Positions 28,605 through 38,400 are shown, numbered from the stretch's first letter. The stretch: 49,130 bases of DNA from an uncultured bacterium (GCA_963977445.1 CAXBPH010000008.1:1-49130); one strand, 5' to 3'. The notes: a model not told the origin generated them from the sequence alone. Program-made: numbers and translations.

Positions 28605-29672
28605 GTGCTCAAATTACGTGCCACCATCCTCGCCTCCTTACTGACCCTGTTGGCGTGCACCCCGCTTGTTGCCGATGAACGGACCTTCGAAAGCATCCCG
28701 AAAATCGATGCCCATGCCCATATGTATGCGCCCTTACCCGAACTCGCTGCCTTGTTGGAACGACTCAATTTCAAAGTCATCAATATTTGCGATGGCGGCA
28801 ATGACCCCGATCTCTTCGTGAAGAAACGGGACTGGGTACAAGCCCAACACGAAAAATGGCCATTGCGCTATGCCTTTTGTCCCTCCTTCGATTTGACCCA
28901 CCGCTACGACACCGACTACACCAAACAGGTCACGGACTACTTCGATGAGGCCTTCGCTTCGGGGGCGGTCATGATTAAGCTTTACAAGGAAGTGGGCCTC
29001 GAAATAAAAGATCCCGCAGGCAACTTTGTCATGCCCGATGACCCGATTTTCGACCCCATCTATGACTACCTGGCGACCCACGGCCGCCCCCTGTTGGCCC
29101 ATCTGGCGGAACCCCGTGCCGCCTGGCTGCCCCTCGATCCCGAGAGCGTACACTACGGCTACTATTCCCGCCACCCCGAATGGCACTTCTACCAGCGTAC
29201 GGATATTCCCGATTGGGAACGAATCATTGATGCGCGGAGTCACGTCCTGGAAAAGCACCCGACGCTGACCCTCATCGGTGCCCACCTGGGGAGCATGGCC
29301 TACGACGTGGCCTTGCTGGGCGAATACCTCGATAAGTATCCCAACTTTTACGTGGACATTGCCGCCCGAACGGGGGACCTGAGTCGTCAGCCATCGGAAA
29401 AAGTACGGGAGTTTTTTGTGACGTACCAGGACCGCGTCCTCTACGGATCAGACATAGAATACGACGTGTCGGAAGACGGTACCTATTCGGAAAAAGCGGT
29501 GGCGAAGATGGTGGCCGGTGCGGAGAAGCATTACCGCATGACCTGGCAATACTATGCCGGTGCGGGTTCCGTTACCATAAAAGACAGGGAAACAGAATGT
29601 CTGAACCTGCCGCAGGAAGTCGTAGATAAGTTTTTCTACGGGAACGCGAAACGGCTCATACCGGGACTCTAA
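28605..29672 (+). CDS. Secreted amidohydrolase family protein (Amidohydro_2)
   Basis: Signal peptide, IDAHAH, AHL, GAHLGS, YGSD, 'KFFYGNAKRL'. Confidence 0.85.
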   Translation: MLKLRATILASLLTLLACTPLVADERTFESIPKIDAHAHMYAPLPELAALLERLNFKVINICDGGNDPDLFVKKRDWVQAQHEKWPLRYAFCPSFDLTHRYDTDYTKQVTDYFDEAFASGAVMIKLYKEVGLEIKDPAGNFVMPDDPIFDPIYDYLATHGRPLLAHLAEPRAAWLPLDPESVHYGYYSRHPEWHFYQRTDIPDWERIIDARSHVLEKHPTLTLIGAHLGSMAYDVALLGEYLDKYPNFYVDIAARTGDLSRQPSEKVREFFVTYQDRVLYGSDIEYDVSEDGTYSEKAVAKMVAGAEKHYRMTWQYYAGAGSVTIKDRETECLNLPQEVVDKFFYGNAKRLIPGL

Positions 29673-29749
29673 CTGCGACAACGTGGAGCCTTCCCTAAGT
29701 ACAGGTAGGCCTCGCCACTTTTTTGGGCCAGGGAAATAAAGGAAATGGA

Positions 29750-30901
29750 ATGAAAATCATCCAAATCGTAGTTCTTATTTTGTGTGTCAGTGTGTCTACC
29801 TGGGCCTTCGAAGTGGGAGAGCCCCTAAGCGTACTGCGCTACGGCCCGGTAAATGACCAGGTGGTGGATGCCGTCACCCCCGGCGGACTGGTCCAGACCG
29901 AATCCGGTGATCTCATTACGACGTTCACGGACAAAGGGGATTCGGCGGCCGGGTCGAAGTGCTACTTCGTCCGCTCATCCGACAAAGGAAAGACCTGGTC
30001 CGCACCCTATTTCGTGGTTGAGCCCAAGACCCCGGAAGAGGGCGTATTTACGGGCCTCACTTCCCTCCCTGATGGGCGGGTCTTCATGACGCTCATGCGC
30101 ATTGGTCACACGGACACAAGCCGTAAGAGTGTCTTCGGGGCCCGGGAAACGACGGTAGAATTGAAGGTCAGCGATGACAACGGAACGACCTTTTCCTCCC
30201 TTGGATTTCTCGATACGCCACCCGGCGCCCTGACTTCCGTGATGGGCACCGTATACACGCTGCAGAACGGCGATTTGATCCTTCCGGCCTATAGCTACAC
30301 GAGCCAGCCCCGGCAGCATCCCGGCTACCAGTATGGTTCGGGATTCTATCGTAGTCTCGATGGCGGTGCCCACTGGGGGCCCATGGAAGTCGTATTCACT
30401 GATCCACCCAGCGAAAGCGAAACACGCCAGGGCTTCAATGAGTCTGCCTTCGTCGTCCGCGACGATGGGGTGATCATCGCCTACGCCCGGGTGGACGTCC
30501 ATCGGGGCGATGACTTCAAAGAAAATCGCATGTGGCGTAGCCAGTCCGTTGATAGTGGTGTCACTTGGACCATCCCGGAAGAGACGGAAATCGTCGGTAT
30601 TTTTCCCGCCATCCTCACCCTGCCGTCGGGCGAATTTGTCATGGCCTGCGGACTGCGCGATTCGAAAGTCATGCGCCGCACCACCTCGCTGCTGACCAGT
30701 CAGAACGGTATCGATTGGGTCTATCGGGGCCATCCCTACTACTCGCGGACGAATGGCCGGCCCGCCAACTCGGCCACCGGCGGTTCTCAGGCCATGGTAT
30801 CCATGGGCGGAAACGAGATCTACCTGGTTTTCTACGCCCACGACCCCGCGCTACCCGGTCGGGACAAGACCTATGTGGATGGGTGCCTGCTGGCGCTGTA
30901 A
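29750..30901 (+). CDS. Secreted BNR/Asp-box (sialidase-like) beta-propeller protein
   Basis: Signal peptide. Asp-boxes SSDKGKTW, SDDNGTTF, SLDGGAHW, SVDSGVTW, SQNGIDW. Confidence 0.85.
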   Translation: MKIIQIVVLILCVSVSTWAFEVGEPLSVLRYGPVNDQVVDAVTPGGLVQTESGDLITTFTDKGDSAAGSKCYFVRSSDKGKTWSAPYFVVEPKTPEEGVFTGLTSLPDGRVFMTLMRIGHTDTSRKSVFGARETTVELKVSDDNGTTFSSLGFLDTPPGALTSVMGTVYTLQNGDLILPAYSYTSQPRQHPGYQYGSGFYRSLDGGAHWGPMEVVFTDPPSESETRQGFNESAFVVRDDGVIIAYARVDVHRGDDFKENRMWRSQSVDSGVTWTIPEETEIVGIFPAILTLPSGEFVMACGLRDSKVMRRTTSLLTSQNGIDWVYRGHPYYSRTNGRPANSATGGSQAMVSMGGNEIYLVFYAHDPALPGRDKTYVDGCLLAL

Positions 30902-30942
30902 GTGAACTTGTAAACCGTAACGTTATGGTTTATGCTTTATCT

Positions 30943-31920
30943 ATGGATTATAGCGCGTTGAGCGAGAAAAAGAGGCGACTGGATGGCTTTCGCCCGTTGC
31001 CCGTTGCCCTGGTGGACAACCTGGATGCCTGGTTTCGTGTGGAGCTTACCTACACGAGCAATGCCATCGAGGGGAACACCCTTACCCGTAGGGAAACGGC
31101 CCTTGTGGTGGAGAAGGGGCTAACGGTTGGTGGGAAGACTCTGGTCGAACATCTTGAGGCCAGCAATCACGCCAAGGCAATCGACTGGATCTATGGCCAG
31201 ACAAGCCGCCGTCCCGAGCAACTTGTTGAACAAGATATTCTGGGGCTTCACGCAATCGTACTCAAGGCGATTGATGATACGAATGCGGGGCGCTATAGAA
31301 ATGTTGCCGTGCGAATAGCGGGTTCCCCGGTCGTGTTGCCGAATCCTGCCAAAGTGCCCGAGCTTATGAAAATGTTTCAAGATTGGCTGTCAACGTCGGG
31401 CGATCTCCATCCGGTGGCCCGAGCGGCGGAAGCCCACTACCGCCTCGTAACCATTCACCCCTTTGTCGATGGCAATGGTCGCGCTGCACGGTTGCTGATG
31501 AATCTAATCCTGTTGATGGACGGGTATCCACCGGCCTTGATACGCAAACGTGACCGGCTGGCCTACATCGCTTCCCTGGAAAAGGCCCAGCTCGGCGGTT
31601 CATCCGAAGCGTACCTCAAGCTCATCGCGAAAGCGGTCGACCGGACCCTGGACATTTATTTGAGTGCAGCTCGCGGTGATTCACATGAATCCAGGGGCGA
31701 GGCAAAACTGCTTAAGATAGGGGCCTTGGCCCGACAGGCCGGGGTGGCCAATTCGACCATCCGGCATTGGACAAAGGAAGGCTTGCTGGACGTGGCCGAA
31801 GTTACGGAAGCGGGCTATCAACTTTACGCGTCCGACCTGCTTGAACGTATTGTTCGTATTCGAGCGCTCCAGGAGCAACGCTACACCCTGTTGGAAATCA
31901 AAAAGGCCCTCGACGGGTGA
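30943..31920 (+). CDS. Fic domain protein with C-terminal MerR-type HTH
   Basis: Inhibitory motif SNAIEGN, catalytic HPFVDGNGRAAR, C-terminal 'LLKIGALARQAGVANSTIRHWTKEGLL...GYQLY'. The start may instead be 30925. Confidence 0.9.
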   Translation: MDYSALSEKKRRLDGFRPLPVALVDNLDAWFRVELTYTSNAIEGNTLTRRETALVVEKGLTVGGKTLVEHLEASNHAKAIDWIYGQTSRRPEQLVEQDILGLHAIVLKAIDDTNAGRYRNVAVRIAGSPVVLPNPAKVPELMKMFQDWLSTSGDLHPVARAAEAHYRLVTIHPFVDGNGRAARLLMNLILLMDGYPPALIRKRDRLAYIASLEKAQLGGSSEAYLKLIAKAVDRTLDIYLSAARGDSHESRGEAKLLKIGALARQAGVANSTIRHWTKEGLLDVAEVTEAGYQLYASDLLERIVRIRALQEQRYTLLEIKKALDG

Positions 31921-32022
31921 CTTCGCGCAAGAAATTCTTTGCTTGTTCCGCGTTTCACTTGTAGACTGTCCTCAAACGGTGGAGATGGCTCTTCCGGATA
32001 GTAGAAAAGGGAGAAGAATAAG

Positions 32023-32679
32023 ATGTACATGAGAAAAGTCCCCATCATGCTGTTGGTCCTGATATTTCTGGGCGGCATTGCCCATGGCGCGGAACATCCC
32101 GCCACGGACGAAGGATTCGTTCCCCTGTTTAACGGGAAAGATCTCACGGGCTGGAAAACTACGGGAAACTGGGTGGTGGAGGAAGACGGCACGACGACCC
32201 TTATGCCCCGCCCGGGTGAAGAAGGCTGGCAGCGATTCGACGCCTATATCATGACCGAGCGCACCTACAAAGACTTTGTCCTCGATCTGGAGTTCAAGAT
32301 TTTGGCGGAAGGGAATTCAGGCGCCTTCTTTCGGGTCGGCGATCCTCTGGAGCCCGTGAAGACAGGGATTGAGGTTCAAATACTAGATACCTATGGCCTG
32401 GAGAATCCCGGCCACCACGATTGTGGCGGCGTTATCGGCACCGCTGGCCCGACAAAGAACATGGCCAAGCCCGCAGGCGAGTGGAACCGTTACACCATCA
32501 CCTGCCAGGGAAGTCATCTCACCGTGGTGTTAAACGGCGAGCAGATCATCGATATTCAGCTCGATGAAGGGGCCATGAAAGACCGTCCACTTGAAGGGCA
32601 CATCGGCTTCCAGGACGAAGCCAAACGCGTGTGGTACCGGAATGTGAAGATTAAGGAGTTGGGTGAGGCGGGGAAGTAA
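32023..32679 (+). CDS. DUF1080 / 3-keto-disaccharide hydrolase family protein
   Basis: Signal peptide, LFNGKDLTGW, NSG.FFR, EVQILD, GEWN, GHIGFQD, YRNVKIKEL. Confidence 0.9.
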   Translation: MYMRKVPIMLLVLIFLGGIAHGAEHPATDEGFVPLFNGKDLTGWKTTGNWVVEEDGTTTLMPRPGEEGWQRFDAYIMTERTYKDFVLDLEFKILAEGNSGAFFRVGDPLEPVKTGIEVQILDTYGLENPGHHDCGGVIGTAGPTKNMAKPAGEWNRYTITCQGSHLTVVLNGEQIIDIQLDEGAMKDRPLEGHIGFQDEAKRVWYRNVKIKELGEAGK

Positions 32680-32789
32680 TACGCGGCGGGGTTGCTGCCT
32701 TCTTCGTTGAATCGCTTCCGTGTTCCGAAAAATTCTATGTTGGGATGACATGATCGAAGAAAAGACCATAGCATTTTGAGGTAATTAAG

Positions 32790-32996
32790 GTGCGCGTTGC
32801 ATTGAGCATTGATGACGAACTCTTGGATCAGGTTGTGGCGTATACGGAATCTTCTAATCGATCGGAGGCCGTGCGTATCGCCCTTAACGCCTATGTTCGT
32901 CGGCAGAAGATTGAGCAGATTCTTGCAATGCGAGGGACCATGGAATTTGATGGTGACGTAGAGGAATTACGGGCACTGGAAACGGGGCATGGGTGA
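32790..32996 (+). CDS. VapB-family antitoxin, no adjacent toxin
   Basis: 'MRVALSIDDELL......NRSEAVRIALNAYVRRQK...IL..RG..EF.GD.EELR'; GAGG RBS. Confidence 0.75.
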   Translation: MRVALSIDDELLDQVVAYTESSNRSEAVRIALNAYVRRQKIEQILAMRGTMEFDGDVEELRALETGHG

Positions 32997-33115
32997 GCAA
33001 CGGCGATTGTACGGTGTTGGCGGTTAAAAGTTCTGATTCTAAGGTGGTCTGGTTATCGGTAGCTCAACCAGAAATTACTTCAATATCGCCTTGAGGGCGA
33101 AGATAGAGGGGCACG

Positions 33116-33745
33116 ATGTTCACACACATTGAAAGCGTAGCATCGAAATCTTTGTTAGGATTTTTGCTGATTATGCTCCCTGCCATGTTCGCCTTTCTGG
33201 GGGTGGCTGCTGTCCTTATGTGGTACACAGGCGTGACGGATCAAGAAGCGCTATCCATTGTATGTGGTTTGGCACTCCTCGTTGTTGCTATGTGTTTCTT
33301 GGTGAATTGGATCAGGAACCGTCGTGCTGCGGGGTCGGTACTTGTTTCCTATGGGGCGCGACACAAGAGGATACATAATATATTGCTGGTGGTGATCGTG
33401 GCCGTTTTCTTTATCCTGAACCTGAGCCACTTGCTGACCGCTGAACTGACAATCTCTGATATGGCGGACTACGCTGAAACATTAATGATTTTCTCTATCA
33501 TCCTCATGTCGTCGTATTCAAGTAGCGCGCGTATCCAGCTTTGCCAGAATGGTATTTTGGGGTCCGATACGTTTTTAAAGTGGCACGACATTGTCTCCTA
33601 TGGATGGGCTGGTGAATCCGAATGTGTATTGCAGATATATTCACCCTTCAATCGCGGCCTCTCGATGTGGGACGGGCTGGAGGTGCCGCCTGAATTTAAG
33701 GAAATTATTGAGCAGCAATTACAGGCGGGGCGGACAACGTCCTGA
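33116..33745 (+). CDS. Hypothetical 4-TM membrane protein (DUF5673-like C-terminus)
   Basis: Four hydrophobic segments then 'IQLCQNGI.....FLKWHDIVSYGW'; AT-rich. Confidence 0.7.
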   Translation: MFTHIESVASKSLLGFLLIMLPAMFAFLGVAAVLMWYTGVTDQEALSIVCGLALLVVAMCFLVNWIRNRRAAGSVLVSYGARHKRIHNILLVVIVAVFFILNLSHLLTAELTISDMADYAETLMIFSIILMSSYSSSARIQLCQNGILGSDTFLKWHDIVSYGWAGESECVLQIYSPFNRGLSMWDGLEVPPEFKEIIEQQLQAGRTTS

Positions 33746-33862
33746 GAATTGTGTGTCGTAAAAACTATATAGTCAGAAAGGGCGACGGAGTGAAATTGCA
33801 ACAGCGCTGCCAAAGCTACTGCGCAATTCGCCTCTCGAATATAGTGTATTCCGAGCTCAAGG

Positions 33863-34042
33863 CACCCGAACTCGCTCGAACCCGTCTGGGACGGATTGGA
33901 TCGAGATCGGGTGGCACGCCGGGGAGTATTTTGTGGTACGGCACCGTGTTCCTTGTCCTTGGTGCGCGGAGTTTCGAGACCGATAATACGTCGTCCAGGG
34001 TGCCACCTATACAGACGTGAGGGACGAACGGCTTTATGGGTG
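33863..34042. repeat. Palindromic element: 24-bp imperfect hairpin plus GGTGGCAC.../...GTGCCACC pair
   Basis: 33863-33913 stem 20/24 with a 3-nt loop. 33997-34042 matches 41259-41304 at 41/46. Confidence 0.7.
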
Positions 34043-34081
34043 CAGTGTCGGGGCAGTGCGCGGTATCCGACAAGAATAAAT

Positions 34082-34115
34082 CAGGCCCCCGCCAAAGGTT
34101 TTCAGCGGGGGCCTG
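34082..34115 (-). terminator. Intrinsic terminator downstream of the sialate O-acetylesterase gene
   Basis: CAGGCCCCCGC ... GCGGGGGCCTG 11-bp stem, followed on the minus strand by ATTTATTCTT. Confidence 0.7.
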
Positions 34116-34156
34116 TGTTGCATTTTAACGTTGATGTTGTTGGTTGACGAGCCGAC

Positions 34157-36379
34157 TTACTTTGCCGTTTTCACCAATACCATCAGCGTGCCACTGGTCC
34201 ATTTCTGGGCGCTCTTAGAAAAGGTCCAGTCGGGATTGCCTTCGGGATTGTTGCCGATACCCACGTCGGCATCACGGCCCGCGCGGAAGTTGTTGAAGGC
34301 CAGCAGGGTAGTCTTGTTTGCCACATCGTGGATTTGCAGACTGCCGTAGCCCGGCGCGGTCTCGTTCGCAAAGGTGTCATCGAAGTCGTATTTGTCTGCT
34401 TTGGCACCCGGGAGGTTGCGACCCGCTTCGGGCCCATAGTTACAGGCCCAGAACTCGATGGCACCAACGGCGATTGGGCTCGCGGCCAAGCCTTTTACAC
34501 TCGACTTTACGATCAGATTTTTCACATCCTGCTGGAAGGCTGCACCCTTGTCAGGCATGGGCGCACCGAGCCGAGTGATTTCCTGGGTAAACGGATCCAT
34601 CTCCACGTAGACCCACTGCGTGTTTTCATCGGCGTCTACCAGGTGGAGGAAATAAGCCACGCGCTCAATGGTCTTGGCCCCAAACACGGCATGCTGGTCC
34701 ACGTCATACTGAATCCGGCTATCGGGTGCGACCGGGTTGGTCGGGTCAAAGGCATAGACCAGTTCAAACTCGGCGGCTTCGGGCACGTGATGGCGCAGTG
34801 CACCCTCAATGGGCACACTACCGGCACGGAACGCGGAGGCCGGCAGGCCCGCTTCGTTCATCAGATTGGGCTCGGCAATGTGGTCCCACGCAAAGCGCAC
34901 GGCCACCGGTGTATCGACGCCTTCTGCGGTCAACGTTAGCGTCGCGCCGTCGATTGCCGCCGTCGCATCGTGATAGACGCCATCGGGACCACACAGGGTA
35001 AACCAGGTGGGCGGATTGCCGTCGCGGGTCTGGAGGGATTCGGCGTAGTTAAAGAAGATACGCATGGTATTCCCGGTCACCTCAAAGCGATCAAAGCGGG
35101 GGCTCTCGGCCTTTACGTCTTTACCGTAGGTATCTTTCAGCGCCAACAGGGCGAGTCGTTTGCCCACGTCATTCTTGTTGGTCGGGTGAATGTTTTTGAT
35201 GTTACCGATGTCGTTGATGACGGCCATGCCCGTGTGGGGAAGGGCCAACGTGGCCGTCTGGGCCTCCCAGATTTCGGGAAGGGCTCGGGGCGAATTGCCA
35301 TAGTCAAAGGGTGCCAGTTGCACGAAGTAGCAGGCGAGGTCGTCCTGTTTCCAACGTCCACGCCAGCCGTTAATGAGGGCTTCCATCTTGTCGCGATAGA
35401 GCATGCCTTCACCGCGATTGGATTCACCCTGATACCAGATGAAGCCCCGGTTGGTGTAGGGCACGAGGGGGTTCACCATGGCGTTGAACAGCGCCGTGGG
35501 CGATTGGCGATCGGTCAACACTGACTTCGAGGCGATAGTCGGCAGGGAGGGAGCGAATTCACCACCCGCCAGCGCCTGTTGGGCATTGGGAATCCAGGCT
35601 TCCACCTCGGCAATGGCCTTTTGCAACGCAGCCTGGTATTCCGGACCGTTGGGCGTGTTTTCACGAACCAGTTTGTCGATGTCTGAAAGTGCGGGGAGCT
35701 TGCCGAAGGCTTCCGGCGGGGTCCAGGGCTCAATGCGCGTGCCGCCCCAACTCGTGTTGATGACACCCACGGGCACGCCAAGATCGGCCTGAAGGTGTTT
35801 CGCGAAATAGTAGCTTACGGCTGAAAAGCCCGCACCGTTGTAGCAATTAACCATGGATTCGCTGGAACACGCCGCCCAGGGTGTCAAGGCCCGGAGATCG
35901 TCGAGGGGCGTGGCGCTGACCTCGCGATAGACCATGGCGAAGCGAATGTTGTCATTGGCGCATTGGGCCACTTCCGCTTCCCAGTCATCCGTCTGTTTGA
36001 TGCTCCATTGCATGTTGGATTGGCCCGAAGCCAGCCACACTTCACCGATAAGAATGTCCTCGAGGGTGATGGTGCTGTCCTTCGACGAGACACGCAACGC
36101 GTAGGGGCCACCTGCGTTCATGGACGGAAGGGCGAGGGACCAACTGCCATCCTCGGCAATCGTGCCCGTAGTCATCCCGTTGCCGAGTGTGGCGGTCACT
36201 TGCTGGCCTGCTTCGCCCCAGCCCCAGACGGCGATGGGCGCTTTTTGTTGCAAGACGGCGTGGTCCGCAAAAATGGCAGGGAGCTTGAGCTCGGCAGCGA
36301 CGAGCTGGGTGCTGAAAAGCAGCGCAGCCGCTACCCCCAGCGTAATACGACGTAATGCGTGTGTTGTTCGTAAATTCAT
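34157..36379 (-). CDS. Sialate O-acetylesterase (SASA/DUF303) with extra C-terminal domain
   Basis: Signal peptide from MNLRTT. 'LPAIFADHAVLQQ', GEVWLASGQSNM, WGGTRIE.W, WYQGESN, NIHP.NK.DVG.RL. Confidence 0.9.
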   Translation of the reverse strand: MNLRTTHALRRITLGVAAALLFSTQLVAAELKLPAIFADHAVLQQKAPIAVWGWGEAGQQVTATLGNGMTTGTIAEDGSWSLALPSMNAGGPYALRVSSKDSTITLEDILIGEVWLASGQSNMQWSIKQTDDWEAEVAQCANDNIRFAMVYREVSATPLDDLRALTPWAACSSESMVNCYNGAGFSAVSYYFAKHLQADLGVPVGVINTSWGGTRIEPWTPPEAFGKLPALSDIDKLVRENTPNGPEYQAALQKAIAEVEAWIPNAQQALAGGEFAPSLPTIASKSVLTDRQSPTALFNAMVNPLVPYTNRGFIWYQGESNRGEGMLYRDKMEALINGWRGRWKQDDLACYFVQLAPFDYGNSPRALPEIWEAQTATLALPHTGMAVINDIGNIKNIHPTNKNDVGKRLALLALKDTYGKDVKAESPRFDRFEVTGNTMRIFFNYAESLQTRDGNPPTWFTLCGPDGVYHDATAAIDGATLTLTAEGVDTPVAVRFAWDHIAEPNLMNEAGLPASAFRAGSVPIEGALRHHVPEAAEFELVYAFDPTNPVAPDSRIQYDVDQHAVFGAKTIERVAYFLHLVDADENTQWVYVEMDPFTQEITRLGAPMPDKGAAFQQDVKNLIVKSSVKGLAASPIAVGAIEFWACNYGPEAGRNLPGAKADKYDFDDTFANETAPGYGSLQIHDVANKTTLLAFNNFRAGRDADVGIGNNPEGNPDWTFSKSAQKWTSGTLMVLVKTAK

Positions 36380-36549
36380 CCGACAGATCCTTATTGGTGT
36401 TGCCCAAACCGCCGCCCCTCTGGTGTACACAGGGTCATGCGAAGCAGCGGCAAAGAGCTTGATTAAAGCAGACCGAGGGCTCTGAATCAATGGGAGGGGA
36501 TAGCGTGCAAAGCTCATCTGCGGTTTCAGAACCGAAAAGATTCATGTAG

Positions 36550-36768
36550 CGCCAAAGTGGGTTAGCCTTCCAGGCTGACACAAGGTGAGTACGAGTTCAG
36601 GCAAGCGCGTCGGCCATGGATGACGCGCCCGGCGCGAACAGGCGGCGACGGGAGTTTGTTTAGCTGGATCGCGCGTTAGGGCGTGAAACGCTCCCGAAGC
36701 CAATCCATAGCGGCCTATGAAATGCGTGGTCGCGCCATGTCAGCCTGGAAGGCTAACCCACTTTGGCG
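36550..36768. repeat. REPIN/MITE-like element with perfect 31-bp terminal inverted repeats
   Basis: CGCCAAAGTGGGTTAGCCTTCCAGGCTGACA (36550-80) and its exact reverse complement (36738-68). Each arm contains an AGCCT-tcc-AGGCT hairpin. Confidence 0.85.
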
Positions 36769-36924
36769 TTTGTCGTATTCCCAGGCTTTCGAAATAGTTG
36801 AACTCAAGCCAGTTCTCTCCAAGTGGCAAGCAACAGGGGGGAATGCCCAACTCCCTTATGGAGTTCATGTTCCACATCCCACAGAGTGAAAATTAAGTGG
36901 TTCTGCATTTTCGCCCCGCCTCGC

Positions 36925-37923
36925 CTATCTCTTGCCTTCAATCCGTTTCGCTTCCCGCTCCAACGCCGCCATTTCGTCCTGCGCGGCTTCCTCCGCCAAC
37001 CGCCGCGCATTGAAACGCTCGTATTCTCCTTCCGCCTGCTCTTTGGCGAGGGCGGCGGAGATGTTACCGGCATTGTCGAGGATTTCGCGGTCGTTGAACT
37101 GGAGGAAGGCGTCGAGTTTAGTTTTCCAGTCCGCCATGGTCACCGGCTGATTTCGTTGGGCCTGGTCCTCGGCGAAATCGAGGTACATAGTCACAATGCG
37201 GTTGAGGCCTTTGATTTCTTCTTCGGTCAGGTAGTTTTTGGCTGTAGCGACATCGCCCTAGCGGACCTTGGCACCCTTAAAGGTTGTAAGGCCCATATCG
37301 GGCTTGTCGGCCGCGATGAGCTCGGCGGCGGTGCGCCCATGGGTGGCCCAGTGGAGCTTGTTCTGCACGGTTTTGAAAAAGAGCTTGGCCTGGTCGGAGG
37401 CGGGCTCATAGTCGATGGCCAGGGTGTAGATTTCCTGGATCTTTCGATAAAAGCGCTTCTCCGAGGCCCGGATGTCGCGGATACGTTCGAGGAGTTCATC
37501 GAAATAGTCCGCCCCGAGGTTGCGCCCCTCCCTGAGGCGCTCATCGTCCATGGCGAAGCCCTTGACCAGGTAGTCCCGGAGGCGTTCCGTTGCCCAGCGC
37601 CGGAACTGGGTGCCCCGGTGGGACCGGACCCGGTAGCCCACGGCGATGATGACATCGAGGTTGTAGTGGTTTATGGCACGTTGAACCTGTCGAGAACCCT
37701 CGGTTTGAACTGTCAAGTATTCCTTGACAGTTGCCGCCTCGACGAGTTCCCCCTCTTCGTAGATATTCTTGATATGGAGACTTATGTTCTGCTTTGAACT
37801 TTGAAACAGTTTCACCAACTGCGCCTGGCTCAGCCAGACGGTCTCGTCTTCCAGCCGGACGTCGATGCGCGTACGGCCCCCTTCGGGCTGATAGATCAGG
37901 ATTTGTGAATCTGGTTCGGGCAC
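36925..37923 (-). pseudogene. rhuM: RhuM-family virulence/DNA-binding protein interrupted by a single in-frame TAG
   Basis: ETVWLSQAQL, YNLDVIIAVGYRVRS.RGTQFRRWA, DYFDELLERIRDIRASEKRFY, QNKLH. TAG at 37258-60, then the same frame continues GDVATAKNYL...YLDFAEDQA to 36925. Confidence 0.88.
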
Positions 37924-37992
37924 GGCTGTATTCCTCGAGTAACGAAAACAATATTTGTCTATTTTGAACGGTGGTTAATTCAAAGTGCAAAC

Positions 37993-38360
37993 AACAGGGG
38001 GTTGGGCATACTTGCCCGACACAAGGTACACGAGGGTCCCAAAGAGATTCTGAGTCATGCAAAAGTCATGCGGTTTCGAAAAAAACAACGTGTTGCTCAC
38101 GTCATACGTCGCTCTTGTGTCGGGCAAGTATGCCCAACCCCCTGTTAAAAACGTGGGCAACCCACTGTGGTGAATTGCCCGCGTGACGTTTATAGCTATC
38201 GCTGATTCTTACAACTCCGGATACTTGCCCGACACAACGGTGTCGTCTGACGTGCTCAGGCCCCTGATGCTGTATCGAATCTTAATGACATTTCCATGGC
38301 CCAAATAGTCTTTCGGACCCTCGTGTACCTTGTGTCGGGCAAGTATGCCCAACTCCCTGT
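37993..38360. repeat. Cluster of GGGCA-TACT-TGCCC REP-like inverted repeats
   Basis: 37993-38025 and 38114-38146 form a perfect 33-bp IR. 37994-38045 and 38309-38360 form a 50/52 IR. Partial arm at 38221-38237. Confidence 0.88.
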
Positions 38361-38361
38361 G

Positions 38362-38400
38362 AAAAACGCGGGCGACCCACCGTGGTGAATCGCCCGCGTG
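38362..38400 (-). terminator. ilvD intrinsic terminator (duplicated at ~38147-38185)
   Basis: Minus strand reads ACGCGGGCGA...TCGCCCGCGT-TTTT, 24 bp after the ilvD stop. Confidence 0.75.

Noticed and set aside
30565..30942. N-terminal extension of the Fic ORF
   Set aside because: Overlaps the BNR gene in another frame and has low-complexity Arg/Pro composition; the Fic-like sequence starts near 30925-30943.
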